From positions 4,562-68,561 of the IMG/VR virus record IMGVR_UViG_3300037439_000116: a DNA stretch of 64,000 nt, one strand, 5' to 3'. The notes below the pieces were generated by a model. The model saw nothing but the letters and a program-made list of their open reading frames with translations. It was not told the origin of the DNA and ran no database searches. The stretch is from a virus. Lineage: Duplodnaviria > Caudoviricetes. This document shows positions 1-9,470 of the stretch, piece by piece (position 1 is the first letter of the stretch; each line of letters opens with the position of its first letter). The position numbers and the translations under genes are program-made.

Positions 1-36
1 ACGCACGAGGCGTGGATCGAGCGCGGCGACGACCGC

Positions 37-234
37 ATGTACGTCGCGGCATACGCCAACCTGGCCCGTGTGGTCATCGTGGCGCCGCGCCGGACGATGG
101 CGCTGGGCACCGAGGCCGGGTGCATCCGGGAGATCCCCGTCGGATGGCGCGACATGGCCAACGCCGAGGCCCTGCTGGCCTACTTCAACGCCTGCGTCCG
201 CAGCTACGAAATGATGGGGTGGCGCCGTGCTTGA
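37..234 (+). CDS. hypothetical phage protein
   Basis: 65-aa ORF, stop overlaps next start in a coupled + strand run. Confidence 0.55.
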   Translation: MYVAAYANLARVVIVAPRRTMALGTEAGCIREIPVGWRDMANAEALLAYFNACVRSYEMMGWRRA

Positions 235-424
235 GCAGTACATGGTCACCGAGGTCACGGACGACTCGTACCGCGGTATGTCGGTGCGCACCTTCGGGCC
301 GTACGGCAGCCCCGAGCAGGCCGAGCAGGAGCGCCGGTCGCGCCACCTGGGCAACCTGCTTAAGGCGAGTTCCCGGCCCTTGCCCCGCACCTTCGTGAGC
401 CGAGCAGAGGAGATGAGCGAATGA
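227..424 (+). CDS. hypothetical phage protein
   Basis: 65-aa ORF, ATGA overlap with next gene. Confidence 0.6.
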   Translation: MLEQYMVTEVTDDSYRGMSVRTFGPYGSPEQAEQERRSRHLGNLLKASSRPLPRTFVSRAEEMSE

Positions 425-840
425 GCGACGAGGCCGAGTGGGTCCGCATGACCGTGGACGAGATCGCGGTGATGCGCGAGATCATCAAGTGGTGCAAGGC
501 CGAGGGAGTCGAGGAGACCTACGCCGCGCGGTGGGAGGCGAAGAAAGAGATCTCCTGGAGCCCGAACGCGAGACGCGCTCGGGCCGTCGACCTGGACCTG
601 CGGTGGCACGGCCTGCGGGTCGCGCTCGGCGGGGAGCTCAGCCACACGTGGCGTGACGTGCCCGCGCGAACGTTCACCGAGGGCGTGGACATGCTTGTCG
701 CGCTCGGCTTCCTGCCGGCCCAGTTCTCTTCGGCGTACCGGGCCGGATGGGAGGGGCGCAACTCGGCGACCGACTCCGACGGGTGCGTTGACCTCGTCAC
801 GTGGCCGGAGTACGCACCGGCGGTGCCGGCGGCATGGTGA
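421..840 (+). CDS. hypothetical phage protein
   Basis: 139-aa ORF, GGAG RBS, typical high-GC3 codon use. Confidence 0.7.
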   Translation: MSDEAEWVRMTVDEIAVMREIIKWCKAEGVEETYAARWEAKKEISWSPNARRARAVDLDLRWHGLRVALGGELSHTWRDVPARTFTEGVDMLVALGFLPAQFSSAYRAGWEGRNSATDSDGCVDLVTWPEYAPAVPAAW

Positions 841-860
841 GTCCAGCGAAGCGCGGGGAC

Positions 861-1898
861 ATGATGACGCCGACCGGGCGGTTGCTCGTTCCGGCCGACC
901 AGCTCGGCGGGGAAGCGTGGCTGTCGGCGCGGCGCGGGCCGGGCGACCGCGACCCGGCGAAGTACCGGATTGGGTCATCCGACGTGCCGTCGATCCTGGA
1001 CCTGCCCGGCGTCGGGACTCCGGCGCACGTCTACCGGTCCAAGGTCTACGACATCGGGCCGGAGCCGACGGAGCAGATGCAGTGGGGTCACCTACTTGAG
1101 GCGCCCATCGCCCTCGAATGGTGCCGGCGCAACCGCGCGGTCATCGACGAGATCGGCCTCTTGGAGCGCACCGACGCGCCGTGGCACGTGAGCACCATCG
1201 ACCGGCGGGTGCGTGAGTGCCCGGTCAGCCGGTCGCGAGGCGTGAACGAGGAGTGTCTCTTGGAGGTGAAGACGGTCGACTCGCACGTCGAGTCGCGGTG
1301 GCACGCCGAGATCCCGGACCGCATCCTCGCGCAGATCCTCCACCAGCTCTACGTCACCGGCTACGGGCACGCGCACTACGCCTGCTTGGTAGGCGGCAAC
1401 CGCATGAAGCAGGGCATCGTCTACGCCGACCGCGAACGCAAGCTCATGGATCTCGTGGTCAACAAGACGAACGAGTTCCGGGAGCGCCATCTGCTCACAC
1501 TGACTGAGCCGGAGTGGAACACGACCGAGAAGCCCGACAAGATGATCGAGCTGGACAAGCGGTCGCACCCCGAGCGGGACGGCGTACGTGACCTGGACGT
1601 GGAAGGCGTCGGCGACGTCATGGAGTACGCCCGCGCGTCGGCCGCGGAGTCGGCCGCGAAGAAAGAGCGCGAAGCTGCGGGAGCCCGGCTCCGGCAGCTC
1701 GCCGACGGCGCGGAGCACGTGACCTTCTCGGGCGAGCTGGCCTACCGGCTCGGCGAGAGCACGCGGACCAACGTCGACCTCGACCGGCTCAAGGAGAAGT
1801 ACCCCGACGTCTACGACGACGACGAGGTGGTCACGCACAAGAAGTCGCACACGATCTACATCGACAAGGCGTACAAGGTGAAGGGACCGAGAGCATGA
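861..1898 (+). CDS. YqaJ-like viral recombinase / 5'-3' exonuclease
   Basis: Motifs IGSSDVPSIL, MQWGHLLE, LLEVKT, QILHQLYVTG of lambda-exonuclease/YqaJ family; start could be 834. Confidence 0.88.
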   Translation: MMTPTGRLLVPADQLGGEAWLSARRGPGDRDPAKYRIGSSDVPSILDLPGVGTPAHVYRSKVYDIGPEPTEQMQWGHLLEAPIALEWCRRNRAVIDEIGLLERTDAPWHVSTIDRRVRECPVSRSRGVNEECLLEVKTVDSHVESRWHAEIPDRILAQILHQLYVTGYGHAHYACLVGGNRMKQGIVYADRERKLMDLVVNKTNEFRERHLLTLTEPEWNTTEKPDKMIELDKRSHPERDGVRDLDVEGVGDVMEYARASAAESAAKKEREAAGARLRQLADGAEHVTFSGELAYRLGESTRTNVDLDRLKEKYPDVYDDDEVVTHKKSHTIYIDKAYKVKGPRA

Positions 1899-2110
1899 GA
1901 GAAGAGAGCGGCCAGCTGAGCCTGACCCAGCGACGGATCATCTTCAGCACCGTGACGGTCAGCGTGGCCAGCTGCGCGGGGATGAAAGTGGACATCCTCG
2001 GCGGCGAGACGAACCGAAGCCTGGCATTCGGCTTGGTCCTCGCGCTGGCCGTGGTCATGGTGGCCATCCTCGCGGCGTGGCCGTGGGTCGGACCGGGGGA
2101 CGGCGAGTGA
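1895..2110 (+). CDS. small membrane protein
   Basis: 71 aa with hydrophobic segments; ATGA coupling. Confidence 0.6.
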   Translation: MREESGQLSLTQRRIIFSTVTVSVASCAGMKVDILGGETNRSLAFGLVLALAVVMVAILAAWPWVGPGDGE

Positions 2111-2289
2111 AGCGGCGCATCCATCGGGCGTTCCTCACGGTGCCGCTGGGGTTCGCGCTGGGATGGCTGAGTTCCTTCGGCGCCGCGAAGCTCATCGACA
2201 ACAATCAGCTCGCCTACCTGCTGGCGGTGGCGGTCGTCATTCCCACCTGCTTCATCCTCGGCACCTGGACCGGGCAGGGGGAGCGCTGA
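2107..2289 (+). CDS. small membrane protein
   Basis: GTGA overlap; two hydrophobic helices. Confidence 0.6.
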   Translation: MKRRIHRAFLTVPLGFALGWLSSFGAAKLIDNNQLAYLLAVAVVIPTCFILGTWTGQGER

Positions 2290-3203
2290 TGTGGTGGACA
2301 GGCAACGCGCTCGGACTGGATTTCGAGACGGATGGGAAGGATCCGCTAGACGCGCGGATCATCACGGCGGCGACGGTGCGCCTGGTGCCGGGGGCGCGGC
2401 CGGACGAGAACGAGATCATGGTCAAGCCTGAGCGGGACATCCCGGAGAAGGCCACCGAGATCCACGGGATCTCGACTGAGCAGGCCGCGGCCGAGGGGAT
2501 GGAACGCGCGGTGGGCATCGCGACCGTGGCGGGACAGATGGCCGGTGCGCTCGGACCGGACGTGCCGCTGGTCGGCCACAACGCCAGCTACGACCTCACG
2601 GTGCTGGACCGGGAGATGCGGCGCGTGGGCATCGGACATCTGGCGCTCGAGAAGAACGTGTTCGCGCAGATCGATCAGGTGCGGCTCACCGTCGAGGGAC
2701 TGACGACCGTGTTCCCGGTGATCGACACGCTCGTGCTGGACAAGGCCGTGGACACGTACCGCAAGGGCAAGCGGCAGCTCTCCTTCGTCGCCGAGCACTA
2801 CGGCGTGCCGATGACCGAGGGCGCCGCGCACGGCGCGACCGCCGACGTGATCGCGTCACTGCGGATCGCCATCGAGATCGCCAACCGGTGCAAGAAGGCG
2901 GATGGGCAGGGCCCGGAGGGGTTCGACCAGCAACTCATGCGCGAGGTCATGGAGATCTACAGCGACCGCAAGCGCCCTAACGAAGTAGCTCGCGCATTCG
3001 CCGAGGTCGGGCGGATGACGCTGGCCGACCTGCACTGCGCGCAGGTGCGGTGGGCGGCTGAGCAGGCGCGCTCGCTGCGGGAGTACTTCGTCAAGCTGAA
3101 CGACCCCGAGAAGGATCCGGCGGGCGTGTCCGAGGACTGGCCGCTACGTACGCTAACCACCGGCACGAGCACGGTAGAGACCGTCGACACCGAGCTCGTG
3201 TGA
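2289..3203 (+). CDS. DnaQ-like (DNA Pol III epsilon family) 3'-5' exonuclease
   Basis: DEDDh motifs LDFETDG, VGHNASYD, IDTL, AHGATAD. Confidence 0.9.
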   Translation: MWWTGNALGLDFETDGKDPLDARIITAATVRLVPGARPDENEIMVKPERDIPEKATEIHGISTEQAAAEGMERAVGIATVAGQMAGALGPDVPLVGHNASYDLTVLDREMRRVGIGHLALEKNVFAQIDQVRLTVEGLTTVFPVIDTLVLDKAVDTYRKGKRQLSFVAEHYGVPMTEGAAHGATADVIASLRIAIEIANRCKKADGQGPEGFDQQLMREVMEIYSDRKRPNEVARAFAEVGRMTLADLHCAQVRWAAEQARSLREYFVKLNDPEKDPAGVSEDWPLRTLTTGTSTVETVDTELV

Positions 3204-3219
3204 ACCGAGAGGATGAGGC

Positions 3220-4002
3220 ATGGGACTGAGAGAGATGGCCGAGCAGGCCGGGGGCGCGAGCGGCCGAGAGCCGACGCGGCTGGATATTGAGGCGGCTGAG
3301 CGCAACGGGTTCGCTGCGCCGGACGTGGCCGAGTCGGGAGTGCCGGCGGGGATGGACGTACCGGTGCACGTGGCGTGGTCGCGGGTCATGCAGGACGTGG
3401 AGTGGATCGGCAAGTCGCGCCGGACCGAGTCGGGCGCGAAGTACAACTACCGGGGCATCGACGACGTGATGAATTTCGTCGGGCCGGCGCTGCGCAAGCA
3501 CGGCGTGTTCGTCCTGCCTGCGGGGATCGACCCGACGTACGAGGTCATCAAGACCACCTCGGGATCGGCGATGAACTACTGCCGGGCCACGGTGCGATTC
3601 ACGATCCACGGACCCAAGGGGGACACCATGCTCGCCGAGGTGCTCGGTGAGGGGTTCGACAACGGCGACAAGTCCGGGAGCAAGGCTCAGTCGATCGCGC
3701 TGCGGACGCTGCTGCTGAACGGGCTGGCGATCCAGACCAACGAGCCCGAGCGGGACACCGAGTACGGGGTGCAGCACGAGATCGCGGGGCCGCCGGTGCG
3801 CACGGCGGCTGACTATGCGGCGGAGATCCTGGACTCCGGTACCTCGATCGCGCGGCTCAAGATGATCCGGGCCGAGCTGGACGGGAATGATCGGCTGAAG
3901 ATGGCCATGGTCAGCGACGGGTTCGGGGACGAGCAGATCGAGCTGGGCCGGCTCGTGCGGCGTGTCGGCGCGCGGCGGCTGGCCGGAGAGAAGGGCGACT
4001 GA
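3220..4002 (+). CDS. ERF-family single-strand annealing protein
   Basis: YNYRGIDDVMNFVGPALRKHGV and GEGFDNGDKSGSKAQSIALRTLL; located near YqaJ exonuclease. Confidence 0.85.
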   Translation: MGLREMAEQAGGASGREPTRLDIEAAERNGFAAPDVAESGVPAGMDVPVHVAWSRVMQDVEWIGKSRRTESGAKYNYRGIDDVMNFVGPALRKHGVFVLPAGIDPTYEVIKTTSGSAMNYCRATVRFTIHGPKGDTMLAEVLGEGFDNGDKSGSKAQSIALRTLLLNGLAIQTNEPERDTEYGVQHEIAGPPVRTAADYAAEILDSGTSIARLKMIRAELDGNDRLKMAMVSDGFGDEQIELGRLVRRVGARRLAGEKGD

Positions 4003-4003
4003 C

Positions 4004-4339
4004 GTGGAGTTCGACCCGGTCAAGGAGTACAAGGCGCGGGCGGCGACGCTGGCCGAGATGGTCCAGGCTCAGCGCGCCCACATCGAAGCGATGCCCGACT
4101 GTGGCGGGGCCCCGCTGTGCGTCGGCGCGGAGGAACTGATCGCGCTCGGCGCCATCATCAAGCTGCACCCCAGCTATCCGGTCTCTCTGGCGCTCGCCGC
4201 CGTGGGCGAGCTGCGACTGGCGCAGGACAAGGTGCTCGATCTGGAGGCCCGACTCGCGGCCGCCGAGGCTGAGTTGACCACGTGGCAGGACGCGGCTGAG
4301 GTGCTCGGGCCGGTCGGCGTTCCGGTGGAGCAGTCATGA
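4004..4339 (+). CDS. hypothetical protein
   Basis: GTG start just after ERF stop; ATGA coupling to next gene. Confidence 0.6.
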   Translation: MEFDPVKEYKARAATLAEMVQAQRAHIEAMPDCGGAPLCVGAEELIALGAIIKLHPSYPVSLALAAVGELRLAQDKVLDLEARLAAAEAELTTWQDAAEVLGPVGVPVEQS

Positions 4340-4614
4340 GCGAGATGCCGCCGTACGGAAGGGTGCGCGACAATGCCGAGGCGCGGCTGGCGTTCGCCAA
4401 CGGGACCGAGGGCGACGCCTGGATGAGCGGCTGGTGCCTGCGCGAGGGGGCCTACTGCAAACACGACACCATGCAGCGCGGCGGGGATATCGCGTGTCCG
4501 CTGCTGGACGTGGCGCTGCTGGACGAGAGCACACCGCGGCAGTGGGTCGACCGCACATCGGCACTGGAGCCAGCAATGTACCGATGCACGAAGTACGAGG
4601 CCGAGCAGGTCTGA
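4336..4614 (+). CDS. hypothetical Cys-containing protein
   Basis: 92-aa ORF coupled to upstream gene. Confidence 0.65.
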   Translation: MSEMPPYGRVRDNAEARLAFANGTEGDAWMSGWCLREGAYCKHDTMQRGGDIACPLLDVALLDESTPRQWVDRTSALEPAMYRCTKYEAEQV

Positions 4615-4626
4615 TCACCCCATAGG

Positions 4627-4666
4627 TTGTCACTGTACCCACGGCCTGATAGGCTGTGGGTACAGT
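4627..4666 (+). promoter_or_regulatory. sigma70/HrdB-type promoter overlapped by inverted GTGGGTACAGT boxes
   Basis: TTGTCA (4627)-N17-TAGGCT (4650); ACTGTACCCAC 4632-4642 and GTGGGTACAGT 4656-4666 are inverted copies. Confidence 0.7.
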
Positions 4667-4691
4667 CATTTTCTGACAGAGAGGGGCCACG

Positions 4692-4934
4692 ATGGCCGAC
4701 ACCGGAAGCCGTAACTTCCGTTGCCCGGATACCACCTGGGACGCCGCGCAGCTCAAGGCGCAGCAGATGCGCCAAGAGGGTTACGACATCGACGTGACCA
4801 AGGTGCTCAACGCCGCGCTCGGCGCATTCCTGGCCGAGACCAGCGAGCACACCGCCGAGCGGCTCGCGCTGCCCAAGGGCGGCACGCCGGCGCCGGTCTA
4901 CCGCCGGCCGAAGCCGCGGATGGCCGCGCAGTGA
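4692..4934 (+). CDS. ribbon-helix-helix (Arc/CopG-like) DNA-binding protein
   Basis: N-terminal RNFRCPDTTWDAAQLKA strand-helix pattern, 80 aa, GAGGGG RBS. Confidence 0.65.
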   Translation: MADTGSRNFRCPDTTWDAAQLKAQQMRQEGYDIDVTKVLNAALGAFLAETSEHTAERLALPKGGTPAPVYRRPKPRMAAQ

Positions 4935-6319
4935 GCTATCTCGACTTCCTGGCGGGCAAGAGCCAGTACGGCAGCGCGGAGGGTTTCCCGGTCAAGACCG
5001 AGGCAGACTTTCTCTTCGGATTCCAGCGTGACCTCGTGGACTGGGCGGCCGACATCGGCCGTGGCGCGATCTTCGCCGACTGCGGACTCGGCAAGACGCC
5101 GATGCAGCTGGTCTGGGCGGACAGCGCGCGCCGCGCCACCGGGAAGCCCACGCTGGTGCTGACTCCGCTGGCGGTGGCCTTCCAGACCGAGACCGAAGCG
5201 GCCAAGTTCGGCATCGAGGCCGCCGTGTCGCGTGACGGATCGATCTCGGCCCCGATCGTCGTGACCAACTATGAGCAGATCGAGAAGTTCAACCCCGACG
5301 ACTTCGGCGCGGTGGTCTGCGACGAATCGTCAGCGATCAAGTCGTTCGACGGCAAGCGCAAGGCACTGGTCACCGAGTTCATGCGCACCGTGCCCTACCG
5401 GCTGCTGTGCACCGCGACGGCAGCGCCGAACGACTACGTCGAACTAGGCACCTCGAGCGAGGCACTGGGATACCTCGGGCACATGGACATGCTCAGCCGG
5501 TTCTTTGTCAACGACAACAAGACCTCGCGAGGGTTCCGCAATCACTCGTGGGGCAAGGTCCGAGAGGACGCTTTTCAGGGGCAGCAGTGGCGATTCAAGG
5601 GCCATGCCGAGGACGCGTTCTGGCGCTGGGTCGTGTCGTGGGCTCGAGCCGTACGCCGGCCGTCGGACCTCGGATACCCCGACGACGGGTACGTCCTGCC
5701 TGAGCTGAGGGAGATCCGGCACACGATCGAGACGGGCACCGTTCCGGACGGACGGTTGTTTGACGTGCCGGCCGTGGGACTGCACGAGGAGCGCGAGGAG
5801 ATCCGCCGGACGCTGCGTGAGCGCTGCGAGAAGGCAGCGGAGATCATGGTGGACGCCAAGCCGGGTGTCGCCTGGTGTCACCTGAACGACGAGGCCGACA
5901 TGCTGGTCAAGCTGATCGACGGTGCCGTTCAGGTGTCCGGGTCGGACTCCCCTGAGGAGAAGGAGGAGAAGCTGCATGCCTTCTCCGACGGTCAGATCCG
6001 CGTGCTGGTGACCAAGCCGAAACTCGGCGCCTGGGGCCTGAACTGGCAGCACTGCCACCGTATGACCTACTTCCCCTCGCACAGCTACGAGCAGTACTAC
6101 CAGGCCGTACGGCGCGCGTGGCGGTTCGGTCAGACCGAACCGGTGACCATCGACATCGTGACCACGCCGGGCGGCGAGCGTGTGTTCGCCAACCTGACCC
6201 GCAAGGCCGCCGCCGCTGAGCAGATGTTCGACGCGCTGACCAGGCACATGCGCGACGCGCTGGGCATCACCCCGATCAGCACCTACCCGCATCCCGTCCA
6301 GATCCCCTCGTGGATCTGA
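4931..6319 (+). CDS. SNF2-like SF2 helicase
   Basis: ADCGLGKT Walker A, VCDESS, TATAAPND, GLNWQHC, QAVRRAWRFGQ. Confidence 0.9.
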   Translation: MSYLDFLAGKSQYGSAEGFPVKTEADFLFGFQRDLVDWAADIGRGAIFADCGLGKTPMQLVWADSARRATGKPTLVLTPLAVAFQTETEAAKFGIEAAVSRDGSISAPIVVTNYEQIEKFNPDDFGAVVCDESSAIKSFDGKRKALVTEFMRTVPYRLLCTATAAPNDYVELGTSSEALGYLGHMDMLSRFFVNDNKTSRGFRNHSWGKVREDAFQGQQWRFKGHAEDAFWRWVVSWARAVRRPSDLGYPDDGYVLPELREIRHTIETGTVPDGRLFDVPAVGLHEEREEIRRTLRERCEKAAEIMVDAKPGVAWCHLNDEADMLVKLIDGAVQVSGSDSPEEKEEKLHAFSDGQIRVLVTKPKLGAWGLNWQHCHRMTYFPSHSYEQYYQAVRRAWRFGQTEPVTIDIVTTPGGERVFANLTRKAAAAEQMFDALTRHMRDALGITPISTYPHPVQIPSWI

Positions 6320-6339
6320 GTACCGAGAGGACACCGAGC

Positions 6340-7344
6340 ATGGGCAACGTTCTGGCACAGGAAATCACCGACCGCTGGGCCGTCTACAACGGCGACTCCA
6401 TGGAGGTCATGCAGAGCTACCCCGACGACGCGATCCACCTGTCCGTCTACTCGCCGCCGTTTGCCGGCCTCTACCACTACTCGTCCAGCGAGCGCGACCT
6501 GTCCAACAACACCAGCTACGAGGCGTTCTTCCAGCACTACGACCACATCGTGCGGGAGCTGCACCGGATCACCATGCCGGGCCGGCGCACGCTGGTGCAC
6601 TGCATGGACGTGCCGCGCAGCAACTCGGGGCGTAACGACTCGCTGATGGACTTCCCGGGCGACATCATCCGCCAGCACGAGCGGCTCGGCTTCGTCTACG
6701 TCGGTCGCTACCACATCTGGAAGGAGCCGCTGGCCGTCCGCAACCGCACCATGACCAAAGGACTCGCGCACCGGACGATCGTCGAGGACGCGTCCCAGTG
6801 CTCCGTCGCCTCGGCCGATTACCTCCTGGCCTTCCGGAAGAAGGGCGACAACCCGGTGCCGATCGCGCACCCGGTCGGTCTGACCGAGTACGCCGGAGCC
6901 CGGAAGGTGCCGGCCGAGCTGGACGAGTTCCGCGGGTGGACCGGCAAACAGACCGAGAACCGGTTCTCGCACTGGGTGTGGAGGCAGTACGCCTCGGCCT
7001 TCTGGGACGACATCCGGGGCAACATGGGCGACCGCGAGCTGGACAAGGGCGCGGTACTGCCGTTCCGCGAGAGCCGCGACGAGGACGACGAGAAGCACGT
7101 CCACCCGCTGCAACTCGACGTGATCCACCGTGGTATCCAGCTATGGAGCAACCCGGGCGAGACGGTGCTCACGCCTTTCATGGGAGTCGGCAGCGAGGTG
7201 TACGAGGCGGTCCGGTGCGGTCGTCTCGGGGTCGGCGCCGAGCTGAAGACCAGCTACTACAAGCAGACGCTACGCAACCTGGCGACCGTGGACCAGCCCG
7301 CCGTGGTCGGCGGCGAGCCGACTCTGTTCGACCTGAACGCCTGA
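6340..7344 (+). CDS. amino-DNA methyltransferase (N6-adenine/N4-cytosine, class beta)
   Basis: SPPF catalytic motif near N-terminus, TPFMGVGSE SAM-binding motif near C-terminus, HVHPLQLD. Confidence 0.9.
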   Translation: MGNVLAQEITDRWAVYNGDSMEVMQSYPDDAIHLSVYSPPFAGLYHYSSSERDLSNNTSYEAFFQHYDHIVRELHRITMPGRRTLVHCMDVPRSNSGRNDSLMDFPGDIIRQHERLGFVYVGRYHIWKEPLAVRNRTMTKGLAHRTIVEDASQCSVASADYLLAFRKKGDNPVPIAHPVGLTEYAGARKVPAELDEFRGWTGKQTENRFSHWVWRQYASAFWDDIRGNMGDRELDKGAVLPFRESRDEDDEKHVHPLQLDVIHRGIQLWSNPGETVLTPFMGVGSEVYEAVRCGRLGVGAELKTSYYKQTLRNLATVDQPAVVGGEPTLFDLNA

Positions 7345-7399
7345 TGCGCTACCACTTCGCTGCGTTCCTGACGCACGAGGTCAACCGAGAGGAGAGCGA

Positions 7400-8554
7400 A
7401 TGATCGAGGGAAGCATCACCGTCAAGCCGCAGGTGTTCGCCGCGGCGGTCAAGTGGGCCGCCGGGTTCCTGGCCGGCAAGCCCGCCATCCCGGTGCACGG
7501 CGGACTCAAGCTGGACGCCGAGTCGGGCACGCTGACCATCACCGCGTTCTCGGAGTACGTGTCGGCCGTGGCGTCGGTGCCGTTCGAGGGGGATGGCAGC
7601 GGCGTGGCGGTCGTGTCGGGGCGGCTGCTCAAGGAGCTGGCGGGCACGTTCGGCACCAAGGACGTCGGGATCTCGGGCGACAAGGAGCTGGTCGCCATCG
7701 CATCGGGACGATGGAACGGGACGCTGCCGACCATGAGCGAGGACGACTACCCCGCCGTGCCGCCGGTGCCGTCGCCCATCGGGACCGTCAACGGCGACGA
7801 GTTCGCCCGGGCCGTGGCCGAGGTGGTCACGGCAACCAGCAAGGACCCCGACAAGCAGGTGCAGTTCCGGGCCGTCCACCTGACCTTCGGCGACGGGCGG
7901 GCATCGATCATGGGCACCGACAGCTACCGGGCTGCGGGGTCGGCGGCCGAGTTCACCTCCACGTCGGTGCAGGACTCAGGGACGCTGGAGGCCCTGGTGC
8001 TCGGCGAGATCATGGAAGACGTGGCCGCCGGGTTCATGGGGCCGGACGCCATCACCGTGGGCATGTCGGGCACGCAGATCGCCATGTCGTCGCGGACGCG
8101 GTCGGTCGTGCTGAACACGCTGGCCATGAGCGAGGGTGGGCGGGAGTACCCCGTCGACATGGTCCGCCGCTTCCTCGCTGCTGAGCAGCCCGAGCATGCG
8201 ATCGTCGCCGTCGGCGAGCTGGTCGTGCCGCTGAAGCGGGCGGCGCTCATGCGGGAGAAGGAGGGACCGGTCACGGTGCGGTTCAGCGAAGGGCTGATCA
8301 CCATCGTCAGCCGGTCGGGGGAAAGCCGGCGGGCAGGCACCGACGAGGTCGACGTGAAGTACTCCGGTCCGGAGACCTCTCTCGACTTCAACCCGCGGTA
8401 CTTCGCCGAGGCGCTGTCGTCGGCACCGGGCGACGAGGTGGACATCGCACTCACGGCCGAGCGGCACCCGAACGGGGCGCCCAAGCCGGTCGTGCTCACC
8501 GTCGCGGGCGCGCCGTGGCGGCACGTCATGCAACCACTGAAGGAGATGAAGTGA
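7400..8554 (+). CDS. dnaN: DNA polymerase III beta sliding clamp homolog
   Basis: 384 aa; KPAIPVHGGLKL, DDYPAVP, GTDSYR, FNPRYFAEAL match beta-clamp pattern. Confidence 0.85.
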   Translation: MIEGSITVKPQVFAAAVKWAAGFLAGKPAIPVHGGLKLDAESGTLTITAFSEYVSAVASVPFEGDGSGVAVVSGRLLKELAGTFGTKDVGISGDKELVAIASGRWNGTLPTMSEDDYPAVPPVPSPIGTVNGDEFARAVAEVVTATSKDPDKQVQFRAVHLTFGDGRASIMGTDSYRAAGSAAEFTSTSVQDSGTLEALVLGEIMEDVAAGFMGPDAITVGMSGTQIAMSSRTRSVVLNTLAMSEGGREYPVDMVRRFLAAEQPEHAIVAVGELVVPLKRAALMREKEGPVTVRFSEGLITIVSRSGESRRAGTDEVDVKYSGPETSLDFNPRYFAEALSSAPGDEVDIALTAERHPNGAPKPVVLTVAGAPWRHVMQPLKEMK

Positions 8555-9126
8555 CCACGCTGAGAGAGATGGCCGAGCAGATCCGAGAGGTCAACGTCGA
8601 GAAGGGTTGGCGGCCGGCCGAGGGCGGGCCGGGCACGAACACCTGGGGCGACTACGTCGCGCTGCTGCACTCGGAGGTCTCCGAGATGCTGGAGGCCTAC
8701 CGGGACTGGAAGCTCGAAGACCGCACCGAGCGGCTCGCCGTCGCTCACCGCGAGGTGGGCTTAGAGGATCAACCGGTCAAGCCTCTTGGCGTCGGGTCGG
8801 AGATGGCGGACGTGCTGATCCGGCTGCTCGACATGAGCGGCGTGTTCGGATTCCCGGTGTTCGACATGGACATGGAGCTCGGGGATGTGGCGTCGGTCTA
8901 CGAGCCGGCGCGCGGGCTGGTCAGCTTCGGCGACTTCGTGACCATGCTGCACAAGATGGTGACGCAGCTCGGCGAGGCGCGCGACCGGTCGCTGTCGGCG
9001 GCGTGGGTGCTGCGCGGGCTGGTCACGATGGCGCGGCGGTACGGGATCGACCTGGACGCCGAGTACGCGCGCAAGCTCGCGTACAACCGGACGCGGGCGT
9101 TTCGGCATGGAGGCCGGGCGCTATGA
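8551..9126 (+). CDS. MazG-like NTP pyrophosphohydrolase with internal duplication
   Basis: ALLHSEVSEMLEAYRD and EMADVLIRLLD motifs; C-terminal KLAYNRTRAFRHGG. Confidence 0.8.
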   Translation: MTTLREMAEQIREVNVEKGWRPAEGGPGTNTWGDYVALLHSEVSEMLEAYRDWKLEDRTERLAVAHREVGLEDQPVKPLGVGSEMADVLIRLLDMSGVFGFPVFDMDMELGDVASVYEPARGLVSFGDFVTMLHKMVTQLGEARDRSLSAAWVLRGLVTMARRYGIDLDAEYARKLAYNRTRAFRHGGRAL

Positions 9127-9470
9127 GCGACCGAGCCTCGGGGCAACTGGAGATGGAGCCGGCGGAGCGGCTGGCGGCGCTTCGTGCGGCGATGCCGACG
9201 GACCCGCGGTGCTGGTGGATCGGCGAGGAGACCGACGAGATGATCTCCACGTGGGAGCGCATTGGCCTGCCGCCGCTGGTCATGCACGACGCCGAGGGCG
9301 ACCGGCTCACGCTGTGGACGATCGACCTCACGGAGGCGGCCACAATGCTCGGGCTACCGATCAGCGGCGAGGGCGACCTGGTCATCGAGGACGGGGACTA
9401 CCGGCTCTTCGTCGAGGAGCTGGACAACGAGAAGCACCTGAAGGAGACGAGCGATGGCGCGAGTGCGTGA
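9123..9470 (+). CDS. hypothetical protein
   Basis: ATGA coupling, acidic 115-aa ORF. Confidence 0.6.
   Translation: MSDRASGQLEMEPAERLAALRAAMPTDPRCWWIGEETDEMISTWERIGLPPLVMHDAEGDRLTLWTIDLTEAATMLGLPISGEGDLVIEDGDYRLFVEELDNEKHLKETSDGASA

Noticed and set aside
4672-4680. Single CTGACA matching the clt-like 8-mer core
   Set aside because: One hexamer match is expected by chance.
7344-7403. 19-codon ORF bridging the MTase stop and dnaN start
   Set aside because: Could serve translational coupling but is too short to support as a gene.
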